A stretch of DNA of 57,348 nucleotides, the filler included, from Sphacelaria rigidula (taxonomy: Eukaryota), in NCBI GenBank assembly GCA_964200075.2. It is 8 parts of 8 records of this genome, joined end to end, with 100 filler letters (N's around TTAATTAATTAA, not from the genome) between each part and the next. Parts side by side here need not be neighbours in the genome. Positions count along the whole stretch, not along the records: positions 35,906 to 42,986 come from CAXNAA020016588.1; positions 43,087 to 50,167 come from CAXNAA020016589.1; positions 50,268 to 57,348 come from CAXNAA020016590.1; 5 more parts are not named here. One strand, written 5' to 3'. The translations under genes and the position numbers were made by a program. The notes beneath the pieces are model-generated. The model ran no database searches, was not told where the DNA came from, and saw only the letters and a program-made list of their open reading frames with translations. This document shows positions 37,186 to 50,705 of the stretch, piece after piece. Within the stretch, counting starts at the first letter, position 1, and every line of letters begins with the position of its first letter.

Positions 37186-39383
37186 TTCCGAAAAAACGAG
37201 AGAGTTTTCTGTCACAGGAATCTAATGCCGAATCTGGAATAGCCTGAGACAAGAACCAATTTGAAAGTTGTAATGAAATGTGTCTGTTATTTCCTGCCAG
37301 TGTATTGCTAGAGCAGGGTGATGCCTCGCTTCACTCTGGCTGTCCATACCCCAAATAGTGCGGTTGTAGTAGATGAACCGCAATCATTTCCCGCGATCTT
37401 TTGTTTTTACGACTGGGTGTGAGTATGGTTCTGCGCAAGAAGTTCTCCACCGAGGCCATGTGGCGGAGGCCGAGCATTTCTTCTTCACCTCTCTTCCTTT
37501 CTTTTTTTGTAGACTACTCTCAAACGTGGACAGATAGCACCCTGTAAAGGGGGTCTACAGGGTTTACGTACCCTGCGAAGTGTTTCTGGCGGGAATTTCA
37601 CTGTACAATGTCTTCCAGCTTAGCACAGGACGCTCCACAGGGTTTCTCTACCGTAGTCATGAATAGTGTGCATCACAAGGTTCCGTCGCCCCGTGAAGTG
37701 CTGTGCAGTGTGTTTACGCACAAGCACTACCCTCCACATGCAGCTGCGGGCAAAGTACTGGCGGAAAAAAAGGACTGAGCAAGGTTGGATGGGGGATCGG
37801 ACCCACGACTTCATCGTTGTGAGGAAAATCGGTTATACACTGAGATACGCATGGTGGTAGTCGTTGTGGACAAAGCGTATTCTTTGCACTTGTGAATTTT
37901 GGGGATTTGCAACTTTGGGGCCCTCGAAGGTCCGTGTCAACACTGAAATCCCCCGGATTGTTTTTAGAGGCACAAATGCAATGGAAATCTGGAATTTGGA
38001 CAGCCTCTGCTGTTCGAAATAAATCCTAATTCCAAACTTGGAATAGGGAAAAAAGGATTCGTTTCGAAGAGCTTAAGCTGCACAGATAATCCCATATACA
38101 CTATATATATAGCAGGTAGAAAGTGTACACCGCCAATACCGGAAATTGGGCAGAGAAAGAACTTGCTCGCGAGCAGCTTCTGCTGTTCAAGTCCCGCATA
38201 CTGCATGCAGCTTCAGTTTCAGCTGAGGTGATGATAACTGAACGCAATTGACCTCGGTTATCAATGCATATACCTGATGAAATACCCGTAGTGCCGTGTC
38301 GACCAAACTAAAACAATACACGGAATAATGAAACATCCCATCGCGCGGTTGATACTGCGTACTCGGGATATATATTCACAACAATAAACTGGACTGGACT
38401 GTACAATATCATTGCATGCGGGACAGTGCGTTATACCGTGCTCATACGTGCGGCGCCATGTACTGCAGATGGCTAGCTATATATACAATGTAGATGCCTG
38501 CAGCTTATTTTGATATATGGGGGGTGTTATATACCGTCACGAACCCCAGTATTGCACGCGCGTCCCACAGCATATGCGCATAGCTGCTGCAGCACAGTAA
38601 GTAGGGCGTGAAAGGGAAGGGGTGAAAGTATAGTACAGACAGCGTAGGACAAGGAATATATATATATATATATATGTTCTCTACCTACAGTGCGACTTGA
38701 AAAGGACTTGAACAACGTGCAGCATATCGTACGACGTGTATGCTGCACTATGTTATCGGTGCGTCCAGAATGCATATATATGATGAAGTGTGTATGCATA
38801 ATAGGCGGCCGGTTAAGTGTTCCTCGCACCCGCCAACACCCCGCGTATGTCGTCGCCGCGCGATGTCGTGACCATGAAAGAAGATGCTCAAGTTTCCACC
38901 AAAAAGAAATACATGATATCCACCCATGCCAGTGTGTATGTGTCTATATCCCTGTGTCCAACCCGTGCTCTTTGCTGCAGGGTTGTGGTGGTATAGCTGG
39001 GAACAATACTGTTGTGTGGGGGGGTGTGCATTGATGTTCGATTCTTGAACAGCCGGTCGATAGTAAATACGTAGTAGATATCTTGGGGTGATGGTCTATA
39101 TACTATTAATAGTGATGGTCTGTATACTATTAATAATATACGATTGATGAGGTGGCTTTTTCTAAACATGGTTCGTGTTGGTGCACCCTGGAATACGGGG
39201 TTTTTGTGAAGTATGTCCATTCATAAGCGAGGTATACCCCGACCCCCCGGCACCCTCTAACACCTACCAGGTGGTTCGCTAGAATCACAGGTGTGGACAT
39301 ACACACGTATCCAATATGTGGGATCTCTATTCAGCGAAAGCTATTGAGAGTTATTAATCCTTTAGCCCATGTAAAAATGGACT

Positions 39384-39810
39384 GGGGGGCAAAAGGATGA
39401 ATTACTCAACAACTTTCTCTGCGTGTCGGATCTCATGTGCTGGTAACGGTGCAGTATGCGGGGTACGCCCTCAATCTCCGGATGAATTGGAGGGCAAAGT
39501 GAAAGGTATATTTCGAGCTTCTGCTGCTGTTCAAATTCCAAATCTGCCAGTGTGCATGGGATTTGCGCAGCAGAAGAAGCTGTCCGAAATAGATCCTTTT
39601 TTCGCTCATTTCATAAATGGGCGAGAAAAGGATCTATTTTGAACAGCTTCTTCTGCTATTCGAAATAAATCATTTTTTTGCCGAAGTAAATTGGGCGAGG
39701 AAAGGATCTGTTTTGAATAGCAGGTCCTGCTGTCCAAAATAAATTCCTTTTTGCCCAATTCAAATCGGATGAAGAGGAACTACCTCGGACAGGAGGACAA
39801 GCTATTGAAA
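39384..39810. mobile_element. DNA-transposon terminus with subterminal repeats; related remnant at ~37985-38195
   Basis: Starts GGGGGCAAAAGGATGAATT, similar to the foldback TIR. Reiterated GCTGTYCRAAATARAT motifs in both orientations. Confidence 0.45.
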
Positions 39811-40890
39811 ATCTAAAATAAAATATATAAATTTACAGATTTTGTACCAAAATATTTTGAATAAATAAATAAATAACGTCAGGGTTTTCTACCAAAACAC
39901 TACCACAATACTGTGCAGGGCTTTGCCGACAAGCCCACACAGGGCTGTAGACCCAACCCTTGGGAAAACCCTATCAAAACGCTACGACGGGTACAGATTT
40001 GTATTTTCACTGTCAGGGATTTTTCACGAAGACTGTGGAGGACCCTGTACGGACCCTGCACATTGTGCCCCACAGGGTGCTATCTGTCCACGGGTGATGT
40101 CTGCTGGTGTTCTGTTCTACCCTTTCCCTTCTTTCTCCAGTTACTGTTTCAGTTTTGTTTTGTCTCGGGTATATCTGCCATGTGACCACCGCTGGATCCC
40201 TAGGAGGTCAGTCAACTACGTTTTTCAACCCCAAACCTCGTACAAACCGTTTCACAGGTGGTACTATAGCAAGAAGTAGATTTGGATCAATGTAAGCGGC
40301 GTTGAGCTGGCGGATAGATCGGAAGCGAATCTGCTACAAGGTTTAGAGAGTATAAAGGTTGAAGCTGTAGCTAAAATCTGGCCCGGCGCCACGGTTCGAT
40401 TTGGAACATTTGTGCCGCTCAAAGCTTCACAACGGACCAGCAACTAGTCTTGTGTGACTCATACGTACGCTACCTCTTAGTGCTGCTTCATCATTCAGAA
40501 GTAAAAAACGTGAACTTTCGGGCCTGCCACATACCAAATTGTTGCTATCCTACACTAGAAGTTTCGCACCGCCCTAGATCAAGGGCAAAACTTCTAGCTA
40601 TTATAGCTTCGAAATACTTGATCTGCGTCTTGCAGAGGGAACCAGAGACGAGCACTCAGGTTACAGAGTCAACACATCTTGAAAAATTCATGAATTGGTA
40701 ACGGTTTCCGGGTCAACGTTTCTCGACTAGACTGAGTTCGTTCGGCACTACCGTGTCAAGTGAAAAATACGGTACTGGTTGCAAGCCTGAATACGGAAGC
40801 TGCCATCAATGTTATGGAACATTTTTTTCCCTGGCAGGAAGGACACGACGCATTAGCGTTCTACATACATTCAGTTCAGCTTATCGAGCC

Positions 40891-41250
40891 GGTCGCCCCG
40901 GTGGCTCAGTTGGTAACCTCGAAGCCTTCTGACGATTGGGTCGTAAGTTCGAATCTCGGAGCGATCTAGGACATTTTTGTCACACAATGCCCAGCAGTGG
41001 AGAGCGACCATGTCGTGATACACAAAATTCGACTTGATGGTCAACGAGGGAAAGGGACTGCTGAACTCCTCTCGCGATGATAAATAAAGGCAAGCGCCGC
41101 AGAAGGAAGGTGGAGAACTAAAACAAACAAACAAAAGGGGGGGAAAGTTGTGTGTTGGCGTCCCTCCTATTTGACCCCGGCTGGTGCACCCGCATATACC
41201 GAAAGGTGTAGACCGGCGTCCAGAATAGATGAGACGACAACACAGACATC
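40891..41250 (+). mobile_element. Full-length tRNA-derived SINE family A
   Basis: A box TGGCTCAGTTGG (40902-40913), B box GTTCGAATC (40947-40955), body shared with three other copies, ACA-rich tail. Confidence 0.9.
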
Positions 41251-41347
41251 GCACAAGAGCGACAGTGACTTTACCAACCCCCTGCCCTCCCTCCACAAAA
41301 CGGTAATTTGAACCCTTTCCGTATACTTCGGATACAATTGGTACATC

Positions 41348-42599
41348 TTAGCCCTGGTAGCACGGCTCGGGTATTCCTCTGGTTCCTTCGAGTCGCATGG
41401 CGAACACAGCGCCGGCGTTTGGCTGTTCCATGCGTTCCTGGTCTGTGAGCCCCACGCTGTGCGGGAAGTAAACAACGAAAATAAAATAAAAATAAAAAAG
41501 GCGTAGCGAACATCAGAAGCGGAGAAAACACCAGCAAGGATGAAAATTGAAACTAAAGGATACTTCACTACTTTTACGAGTGAGTCATTCACAAGCACAA
41601 GCGGTTGAGGTGTTGATCATGGAATACACACTCGACAAAACGCGCAACGACCTCGGCTTGCCGAGCCCGCTACACCACAAGCCCACTATATGGCGAAACA
41701 ACGACAAGTCGACTCTTCAACTGAGGCTTCCCATAGCACCAGCGATGTTTCCGGCCGACATCGACATTGTAACCTGTCTTCATGTCATATCTTTGACTGC
41801 CCTTGCCTCTCTGTCTCTTCATCTCTGGCTTTTCCTTGCTCCCTCTCCCCGTTCTCCTTTCATTGCATGTATTCTTCCCCCTGCACTCTTTGTGTCTATC
41901 TCCCTTCATGTCCCTGATTCTGCCTCTTTTTTGCTAATCTCTCCTTCTCTTTGTGTCTGTCTGTGCTTGTACCTGCCCCTCTCTTGCCCTCTTGTTCCTT
42001 TTTTTTCCTACCTCGCAGTCGTGATAAACAGGATGTCCAGACGAGGCCCTCCGATAGCCACGCAGGTGGTTCGCTTCGCGCCAGGAACCTGATGTCCGCG
42101 ACGGAACACAGCGCACAGGGACGGCATCAAAAGCAACAAACACAAACACAAACACAAACACAAACACGATGAGGTGAAAGGTGCAACTTTCATTACGTGC
42201 GGGAGGTCACGCTTGTGAGAAAAAAAGTTAATCAGCGAGACAGATACACCGAACAGCGACATACGAAACACAATGCGGCCCCCAAAGACCCATGGCGCAC
42301 TCCAGCACTAGTACATACAGATACGAGTGAACCAAAAGTACTCATCTAACCTGACCCATCTTCAGTGGACCCCACCCCGATATCAATCAATGATAGCCGT
42401 ATGATCATCTCCATTACATGGACAATCATGTGGACGATCATCTGGCGAAACCGACAAGAATAGTGTTGGTACGATGACCCACCTCAACTGTCCGAAGCAG
42501 TTCTCCCGCTGGGCTGTACTTCCGCACTTGTCCTTTTCCGAAGATCGCTACCCACAGGCATCCATCCGCGTCGACGGTTGCTCCGTCGGGTATAGAATC
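41348..42599 (-). CDS. SMP-30/gluconolactonase/regucalcin-family protein, last three exons (42599-42483, 42088-42012, 41456-41348)
   Basis: Canonical, phase-consistent splicing gives DSIPDGATVDADGCLWVAIFGKGQVRKYSPAGELLRTVE|VPGAKRTTCVAIGGPRLDILFITTAS|VGLTDQERMEQPNAGAVFAMRLEGTRGIPEPCYQG*, with the family motifs PDG..VD..G.LWVA, GG..LD.L..TTA and P.AG..F. Confidence 0.93.
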
Positions 42600-43086
42600 C
42601 TGGATCGTGGCGAGAAAAGGGGGGTTGGGGTCATGACCACCGCCAAACGTAATAAAAGTTGCAGTTGGCTAACAATTACCTCGAAAAAAAGGAAGACGTT
42701 TTTGGTCGGCTGTCCAACACAATTTGCGGTTACTGTACCTACCGTGCAGATTTCTGAAACTGTTCGTATCGAACATGGGACGTTGGGTTTGATTGATTGA
42801 TTGTCGCACTTTAACTGACCCCAGGGGCCCAGTCGTGGTCTCATGATAGACGTACGTACCCAAGACAAACGAAACTGGAACACGCTTTGAAGAAAAGAAG
42901 GAACCGAAAAAAAAAAAAAAAAAAAACGAACAGAAAAAAAAAACAGAAAAAGAAAAAAAAAAAAAAAAGAGAAGAAAAAAACAAAANNNNNNNNNNNNNN
43001 NNNNNNNNNNNNNNNNNNNNNNNNNNNNNNTTAATTAATTAANNNNNNNNNNNNNNNNNNNNNNNNNNNNNNNNNNNNNNNNNNNN

Positions 43087-46000
43087 TTTCCAGACTGTAT
43101 ATACTTCACAGAAATGTCACCACTAGCAACCAACTCCCTGAGAAAATGGTGCCGTACGTCGATGTGCTTACTGTTGGACGAGCTCAAGGGGTTCTCAGCT
43201 AAGTCTATCGCCCCCTTGTTGTCCTCGAAAACGCCAATACTCTTCGACCCTACACTGGGCATGAGGAACTCCAAAATCCACCTTACGTACAGGGCCTCTT
43301 TGACACCGTCTGCCATTGCCACGTATTCTGCCTCAGTAGTAGATAGGGTGACGCACTTCTGCGTCCTGGAGAATCAGGACACTAGTGTACCTTCACAGCA
43401 AATAGCCACACCAGAAACTGAACATCGGTCCTTCGCCTTGTGGGCGTAGTCTGCGTCAACATATGTATCCAAATCATAATCCAACTGAACACATTCCAGG
43501 TCGCTACTCTTCTTGAAAACTAGACCCAAGTCCGATGTGGCATTCAAATACTACTGGAGAATCTTCTGTGCCGCCTTATAGTGAGTAAGCCTGGGTTCAT
43601 GAGAAAACCGAGCGACTGCCCGAACTGCATTCGCGATATCGGGCCTCGTCTGGTTCGCTATCCACATTAAGCTCCCCATGATCTCACGGAACGGCACATC
43701 CACCACGGTTTCCTCCTCGCTCGCGTACCTAAGGTCTAAAGCAGGGGTTGCGGGAATGGGGCTGGTCTTCGAAATTTCGAAACGATTTAGCACACTCTTG
43801 ATGAATTGAGTTTGGGAAATCTCCAGAATGCCTCTCTCCCGGTCCCTTTTGAACTCGCTGCTTACCTGTTTGATGTGGCAGATGCCGTAGGGGCAAATGT
43901 ATCGAAGTAGTCTACTCCTTCTACTTGACTATATCCCATAGCCACGATACGGGCCTTAGCCCGGTTGACCATACCATGCGAATCACTTTTCCACTTGTAA
44001 ACCCATTTCGCCCCCAAAATGTTGCTTCCCTCTGGAATGTCAATCACATCCGCAAATGTCCCAGCAGCCATGAGCCCATCGAACTCCACCCTCACCACCT
44101 CCTTCCATATATCCGAGTATTTTGATGAACACGCGGCGGTGTATGACAACGGCTCCGGCCCTGCTTCCTTGACGAGACATTTTGGGAGCTTGCCCGGTTT
44201 ACGGGTATCCCCTTGTACTTCCAGCATGCCGTTGATAATCTTGCCTCCTTCATCGGGCCCCAACATGGCCACAAGCCCAGATGCTTCTTGATTCAACGCC
44301 CGTGTCTGCGCTCTCGTCCGCCCAAGGTCCTCACCATTACCATATCCAACCAAATTTGTCTCGAGTTGCCTTGCTGCAGTCCGCGCTGCCGTTGGAATCG
44401 AATTACTGTTGGTTGATGAAGACGAGTCACTCGTCTCGACTGAGAGGTTGTCGTCGGCAGACGGCTCACTACTCGCCGATGGCGAATGAATACTCAAGTG
44501 ACCAGTTTCGTTGTCGGGGGGCGTTTGGTTTTCATCGCGAAGAGAACCTCGCTCGCCTGCACTACCACGGTCTGTGCCCGTCCCTGGAAACGCCACTCGA
44601 CGTTGATGGGGGATTCCTCTCCCTAGCAGCGGTAATGGAGTCGGTGAATCAGAATCAAAATTATCCAGCCCCCCCGGATCTGGAATCTCTCCCATCTCTG
44701 ATGCCCCTCCCGACTGCGACGTCCCTCCCAGCTCCGACGTCTCTGCCAGCTCCAACGAAGCTGACTGCTGTACTTGTACCGGCGGCACCACCATGACCGG
44801 CGGCGCCTCCCAGGTGACGTCCCTTGTCTCCACCACTTCATTCGCCCGCGTCAGCATCCGCAATGAATCGCGGGGGTGGTTGATGCCGGGTCCGAGGTAG
44901 AAGCTACTTTCATTCACACTTGGGGAATGACTTTGACGGTCGGTTCCAGCGGCAATACCCGGGACGAAAAAAACGGGGTTCTGCCTTGCCGTGCCACATC
45001 TCGTACGCCGACTTGTTACCCGGATTAGATGTTGTCGCGGTGTGATTCAGGGTGTCGCACGCCCAATAAATCGCCTCAGCCCAAAGGCTCTCCGACGGTG
45101 GCAACTCGACATGTGGGAAGAGGATGGGGGCTTGGATGCGAGCGGCGAGTGCGGCGTTTTGAATGATACCTAGAGCTCTCTCAGCAACGCCATTTAATTC
45201 CGAACACTTCGCGCTAGTAAATTCTTGCTTGATACAGAAATGTTTACACACTCCTGCAAAATCACCCCCAAACCACTCTCCACCATCATTAGACCTGACT
45301 AAAATCACCTCTGAAGGTACACCATCCGCACGTACATCAGTCAAAAACTTCTTGAAAGCATCACCGGTGTCAGACTTATGCTCGAGAAAGTATACCCATG
45401 CGTACCGAGTGAAGTTGTCCCTCACTATCATTACGTACTTCTTTCCTAGCAATGAAGGTGTTCTCTTAGAACCACTAAGGTCAACAAAAACTCTTCCTAG
45501 CTTTTGTGAAGCACGCGATTTAGTACTGCTCGCAATCGGTCTCCTATGCCCCTTTGCCATCGAACATCCAGTACACTGTTTCAATTTTTCCAACAACTCC
45601 ACACCCAGCGATTTTACCGTCTCTCTTAGTAGAAATTCGTCAGCATGTCCGTGTACGCAGTGAAAAACGTTGATGTCTACTGCAGTCTCCCGTGAGTCAG
45701 CACTACCAGGGGCTATCACATGGAACGCCAGGGGAACGGGGGGTTCAGGTTGTACATAATCCTCAACAGACTCTGGAACCACCGGGGAAGAGGGAATGTA
45801 CTCGTGTTCAGGGTCGATCCTCCTACCTTAGGTTGAGAATCCAGATCCATCATTCCAGAACCTAAGACGCCCATCCAGCAGGGTCACACTCTTGTCGGCA
45901 TCATCAGTTTCGAATCCTACACCTCGTGTGTGCGCAGCCACCAGTGAGAATAAATTAAAGACTAAATCAGGTACATATGACCCCTTTTCAAGCCTCACGG

Positions 46001-47423
46001 CTACTCCCCCAGCCTTGTTCGGGAAAATTACAGTCAACGACCCATAACACTCAACGTCGATGAGGGTATTACTACCGATCTTAAATTTATCATCTGAAGG
46101 TCGCATATCGCGAAGAAATTCTGCAGATTTAGTCATGTAGAAGCTGGCTCCACTGTCAGCCAGCCACCTCTCGATGCCATCATCACTACTCTTTCGCTCT
46201 CCCACTGCACCCTCCATGCTTGATTCCACACCAATCGACAAACATGGTATTATGTTACCGGAACCCTCTTGTGATTTCTTCGGGGCTGGAATAACGTGTG
46301 CGTTACATTCGTACCATCGGTGTCCTGGCTCTGAACAACGATGACACTTGTTTCGTATGCCTTCGTGCTTTTTGCCTACGCTTTTGGTGCTGCTTTTCTG
46401 ATCGTCCTTGTCTATTGCAGTACCATTAGAAACACCCTTATCGCCCTTAGCTCCACCTGGATTCCGATTTCGTCGGATGGACTTGCTCGTTATAAGAGCT
46501 TGCCCTACATCACGGTTTTTCGTATCGTTTCGTGATATGTGCGAGTATCTCTGACGTACAATAGCCTCTATCTCCGCACGGGTAATGTCATCTCTATACA
46601 GAATAGTACGCTGTTCGTACTCATAGTCGCTCGTAAGTACCTGAATTAGTTTGAGGTTCAAGTCTTCTACAGGCATGTTTACCCCTAAGGCTGCTAATAC
46701 GCCCACAATCTTATCCACGCGCGCAAAGAATTTCATCGGATCTTCCTTCTTCTCCATCCACAACTCGTTGAAAAGCCGTTTCCATTTTGACTTCTCCGAG
46801 AGGGTTTTTGGGACGAACCAATTCAATAGAAAACGCCATCCTGCACTCGGGGAATTCGTGTCAAATACCTTACTTGACAGTTCACGGTCTGTGATACTCT
46901 CTGTCAAAGACGTCCAAGCAATACGCGCTCGTCTTATGCTCGTTTCACTGAATCCCTGGTCAATCAAAAACTGTGAACGGACAGAGACATCACCTACGGG
47001 CGTATCTACTGTAGTAGTAAATACATGCATGCAGTCGTTCGACAGGGCAAAACCCTCAAACCGTCTTTTCCATAGAGGAAAGTCAACATTGCCTCCTAGC
47101 TTGGGTACAGCAGTTTTGATACTGCTCATTTCCCTAGGACTTAACGCAAAGGTGCAACCTCCTGCATTTCCAGCCTCACCAACAACTTGCAGCAGGCTGT
47201 CGGGGTTGACTCTACCTCTGCGACCGGGAGCAGATCCTACCCGCTCTCTGCTCACAGCAGCGTGATCTGAATTTGACGCTTGATCTTCACTACTTGCGGA
47301 CCTACTTCGTCCGCCTCTGCTTTCCTGAGCCACCTCGACGCGCGACAGCCTTTCTTCCAAGGTCCTTGTCTGTGCCTCGATCAGCGCCCTCAGTTCTTCC
47401 ACAACACTGCCTTGGTCCGCCAT
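43087..47423 (-). mobile_element. Ty1/Copia internal region copy A (gag-PR-IN-RT-RNaseH), disrupted
   Basis: Zinc knuckle CHRCSEPGHRWYEC, protease WLADSGAS, integrase HCVHGH...CTGC / VFVDL / RSNDGGE / NGVAER, RT KWVYKWK...KAR, RNase H EDNKGAI...SKHIDVRHHF. Stops, frameshifts and an RT deletion. Confidence 0.96.
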
Positions 47424-47859
47424 GTTAGAGCAACGATCCTAGTTCGAACTATATGTTAACGTGTTCAAATGATCGGTAGATCAAATGACGCCGCAGCAAC
47501 AACAGCCCCGTGCTGTGTGCTCAAACAGCAGTGTACTGCCCTCGTGCAGTAACTGGGAAGAAGATGAAGATGTGTTATAAGTCTTTGTTATTACTATCCA
47601 CACGTAGGAATTGAGTGAAAAGAGGTGAGGGAGGCGAGTGGGAGAGTAGGGCACTACTCTGTTCTCGACTGCTCACGATCCAAGATCTACAGTCAAGGAA
47701 AGATCTCAAGTACAGTCCCCAAATAAAGGAATTCGGAAGAATGCATCTTTTCTTGAAACACAAGGAATGTTCTCTACAGTTCCGCCAGAATAATCCAATA
47801 TCCCGCAATTAACCCGCTCATGCTCTTGGCTACGGTTCGTAGATGAACTATATTCAACA
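47423..47859 (-). repeat. Copia LTR (~437 bp) shared between two tandem internal regions
   Basis: Minus strand: polypurine tract AGGGAGGG immediately before TGTTG..., and ...TAACA immediately followed by a PBS-like TGGCGGACCAAGGCAG. An alternative 3' end at 47573 lacks a PBS. Confidence 0.7.
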
Positions 47860-50080
47860 CCCTCCCTAGCTTTATTGACTTACAAGCGCATGACCTCTTT
47901 GTTATCAAAAGCTGCTATATTAGATTGATTTCCTCACCATGATTGCTAATTTCAAATGATAAGAGTCCACTAAGACAAAAAAAAGAAGCTGAATTCTATA
48001 CCCTCCCCAGGAGAAAATCTCGATGTTTTTCGAAATTCTCTTTACCAATGGCTTTGGTTAGAATATCGGCGTGCTGTTCTCCAGACTGCATATACTTCAC
48101 AGAAATGTCACCACTAGCAACCAACTCCCTCAGAAAATGGTACCGTAGGTCGATGTGCTTACTGTTGGACGAGCTCAAGGGGTTCTCAGCTAGGTCTATC
48201 GCCCCCTTGTTGTCCTCGAAAACGCCAATACTCTTCGACCCTACACTGGGCATGAGGAACTCCAAAATCCCCCTTACGTACAGGGCCTCTTTGACACCGT
48301 CTGCCATTGCCACGTACTCTGCCTCAGTAGTAGATAGGGTGACGCACTTCTGCGTCCTAGAGAACCAGGACACTAGTGTGCCTCCACAGCAAATAGCCAC
48401 ACCAGAAACTGAACGTCGGTCCTCCGCTTTGTGGGCGTAGTCTGCGTCAACATATGTATCCAAATCATAATCCAACTGAACACACTCCAGGTCGCTACTC
48501 CTCTTGAAAACTAGACCCAAGTCCGATGTGTCATTCAAATACTGGAGAATCTTCTGTGCCGCCTTATAGTGAGTAAGCCTGGGTTCATGAGGAAACCAAG
48601 CGACTGCCCGAACTGCATTCGCGATATCGGGCCTCGTCTAGTTCGCTATCCACATTAAACTCCCCACGATCTCACGGAACGGCACATCCACCACGGTTTC
48701 CTCCTCGCTCGCGTACCTGAGGTCTAAAGAAGGGGTTGCGGGAATGGGGCTGATCTTCGAAATTTCGAAACGATTTAGCACACTCTTCATGAATTGAGTT
48801 TGGAAAATCTCCAAAATACCTCTCTCCCGGTCCCTTTTGAACTCGCTGCCCATGTATACCACTCCACCTCCCCAAGGTGTTTAGTCGGAAATTTCTGATT
48901 GAGTGCACCTACTATCACTTTAGTCACTTTCTCAGTAACTGCTATGATGATGTCGTCTACATGAAAAACCATCATCGCCACAACGTCACCAGCAACCCTT
49001 AGTCGAAATACACAGGGATCTACCAGGCATTGTTCGAATCCACACTCCATCAGGGTTGAGGACAATAGTTTATACCAAGCACGGCCACTCTGCTTCAAGC
49101 CGTATAAGGTCGTATTCAAACGTATCACCTTACCAGATACAGATCCACAGCCGGGGGGGAGGCGCAAGTATATATCTGTGTCCAACTCCGACTAAATAAA
49201 AGCTTGACCTACATCCAGATGCCTCAAATCCCAGTCCAACTTACAAGCCATAGCCGCTACTAACCTGTTTGATGTTGCAGATGCCGTAGGGGCAACTGTA
49301 TCGAAGTAGTCTACTCCCTCTACTTGACTATATCCCATAGCCACCATACGGGCCTTAGCCCGGTCGACCATAACATGCGAATCACTTTTCCACTTGTAAA
49401 CCCATTTCGCCCCCACAATGTTGCTTCCCTCTGGAATATCAATCACATCCACAAACGTTCCAGCAGCCATGAGCCCATCGAACTCCACCCTCATCGCCTC
49501 CTTCCATACATCCGAGTATTTTGATGAACACGCGGCAGTGTATGACAACGGCTCCGGCCCTGCTTCCTTGACGATACATTTTGGGAGCTCGCCCGGTTCA
49601 CGGGTAACCTCTTGTACTGCCGGCATGCCGTAGATAATCTTGCCTCCTTCATCGGGCCTCAACATGGCCACAAGCCCAGATGCTTCTTGATTCAATGCCC
49701 GTGTCTGCGCTCTCGTCTGCCCAAGGTCCTCACCATTGCCATATCCAACCGAATTTGTCTCGAGTTGCCGCGCTGCAGTCCGCGCTGGCGTTGGAATCGA
49801 ATTACTGTTGGTTAATGAAGACGAGTCACTCGTCTCGACTGAGAGCTTGTCGTCGGCAGACGGCTCACTACTCGCCGATGGCGAATGAATACTCAAGTGA
49901 TCAGTTGTGTTGTCGGGGGGCGTTTGGGTTTCATCGCGAAGAAAACCTCGCGCACCTTCACCACCACGGTCTGTGCCCGTCCCTGGAAACGCCACTCGAC
50001 GTTGATGGGGTATTCCTCTCCCTAGCAGCGGTAATGGAGTCGGTGAATCAGAATCAAAATTATCCAGCCCTCCCGGATCT
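47860..50080 (-). mobile_element. Ty1/Copia internal region copy B (RT-RNaseH-PPT), disrupted
   Basis: HLDVGQAFI, LYGLKQSGRAW, FHVDDI, YVDADYA, STTEAEY, ADILTKA. Closely similar to copy A. Interrupted at ~50081 by a retroelement tail. Confidence 0.96.
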
Positions 50081-50705
50081 AGCTTCCGGGTGCTCCGTCT
50101 CGAAAGGGATGCGTGGTCAATGGTCAAATGACTAAGGCAAGCAACAAATGAGTACGCACCCAACACCNNNNNNNNNNNNNNNNNNNNNNNNNNNNNNNNN
50201 NNNNNNNNNNNTTAATTAATTAANNNNNNNNNNNNNNNNNNNNNNNNNNNNNNNNNNNNNNNNNNNNTGCCACTTCCTGAGACAGCCACAGCTTATACAC
50301 TGCCTCACAGGTGCCTCACCATTTAAACACTACGTGGACCTATCATCCGCATTGTGCGGAGTTGAGGTTCTCCCACGCCGCACAACATGATCTACAGTAG
50401 CTCGACTACCATCATGGTTACCGCAAAAAAAACGCCAGCGCGCAAAAAAAACCCCGATAACCTGGTTGCCTAGCTTACGTGGTGAGTGGCGTGTTTAATA
50501 GCATCATTGCCAACCGACGCCAACCCCATCGGGGGTCGTCGGGACAGGGGGGGAATGGTGATGGATTGGAGAGGGAACAACACGTGAAAGTGGGGGCGGC
50601 GGAAGGTTCCTCGCCACACGCGGCAGACCGTGGTGCCTGATCTGAAATGTGGTAGACGCACATGCATGCGCAATTCGCATCGAAGGAGATAAATGCGTAT
50701 GTTAC

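Noticed and set aside
37780..37850. tRNA-Val(CAC)-like sequence on the minus strand
   Set aside because: Too degenerate (B box GGTCCGATCC, no acceptor stem); at most an old SINE head.
40891..40966. tRNA gene (also 28540-28613, 23990-24061, 17700-17790)
   Set aside because: A and B boxes are present but there is no proper cloverleaf, and each is followed by a SINE-like body and tail, so these are SINE heads.
45163..47265. Long antisense ORFs over Copia (also 55136-55921 and 56261-56713 over Gypsy)
   Set aside because: Shadow frames of real pol/gag coding strands; no motifs of their own.
49192..50166. Novel N-terminal extension on the Copia RT ORF
   Set aside because: Chance read-through from the inserted retroelement tail at 50081-50167.
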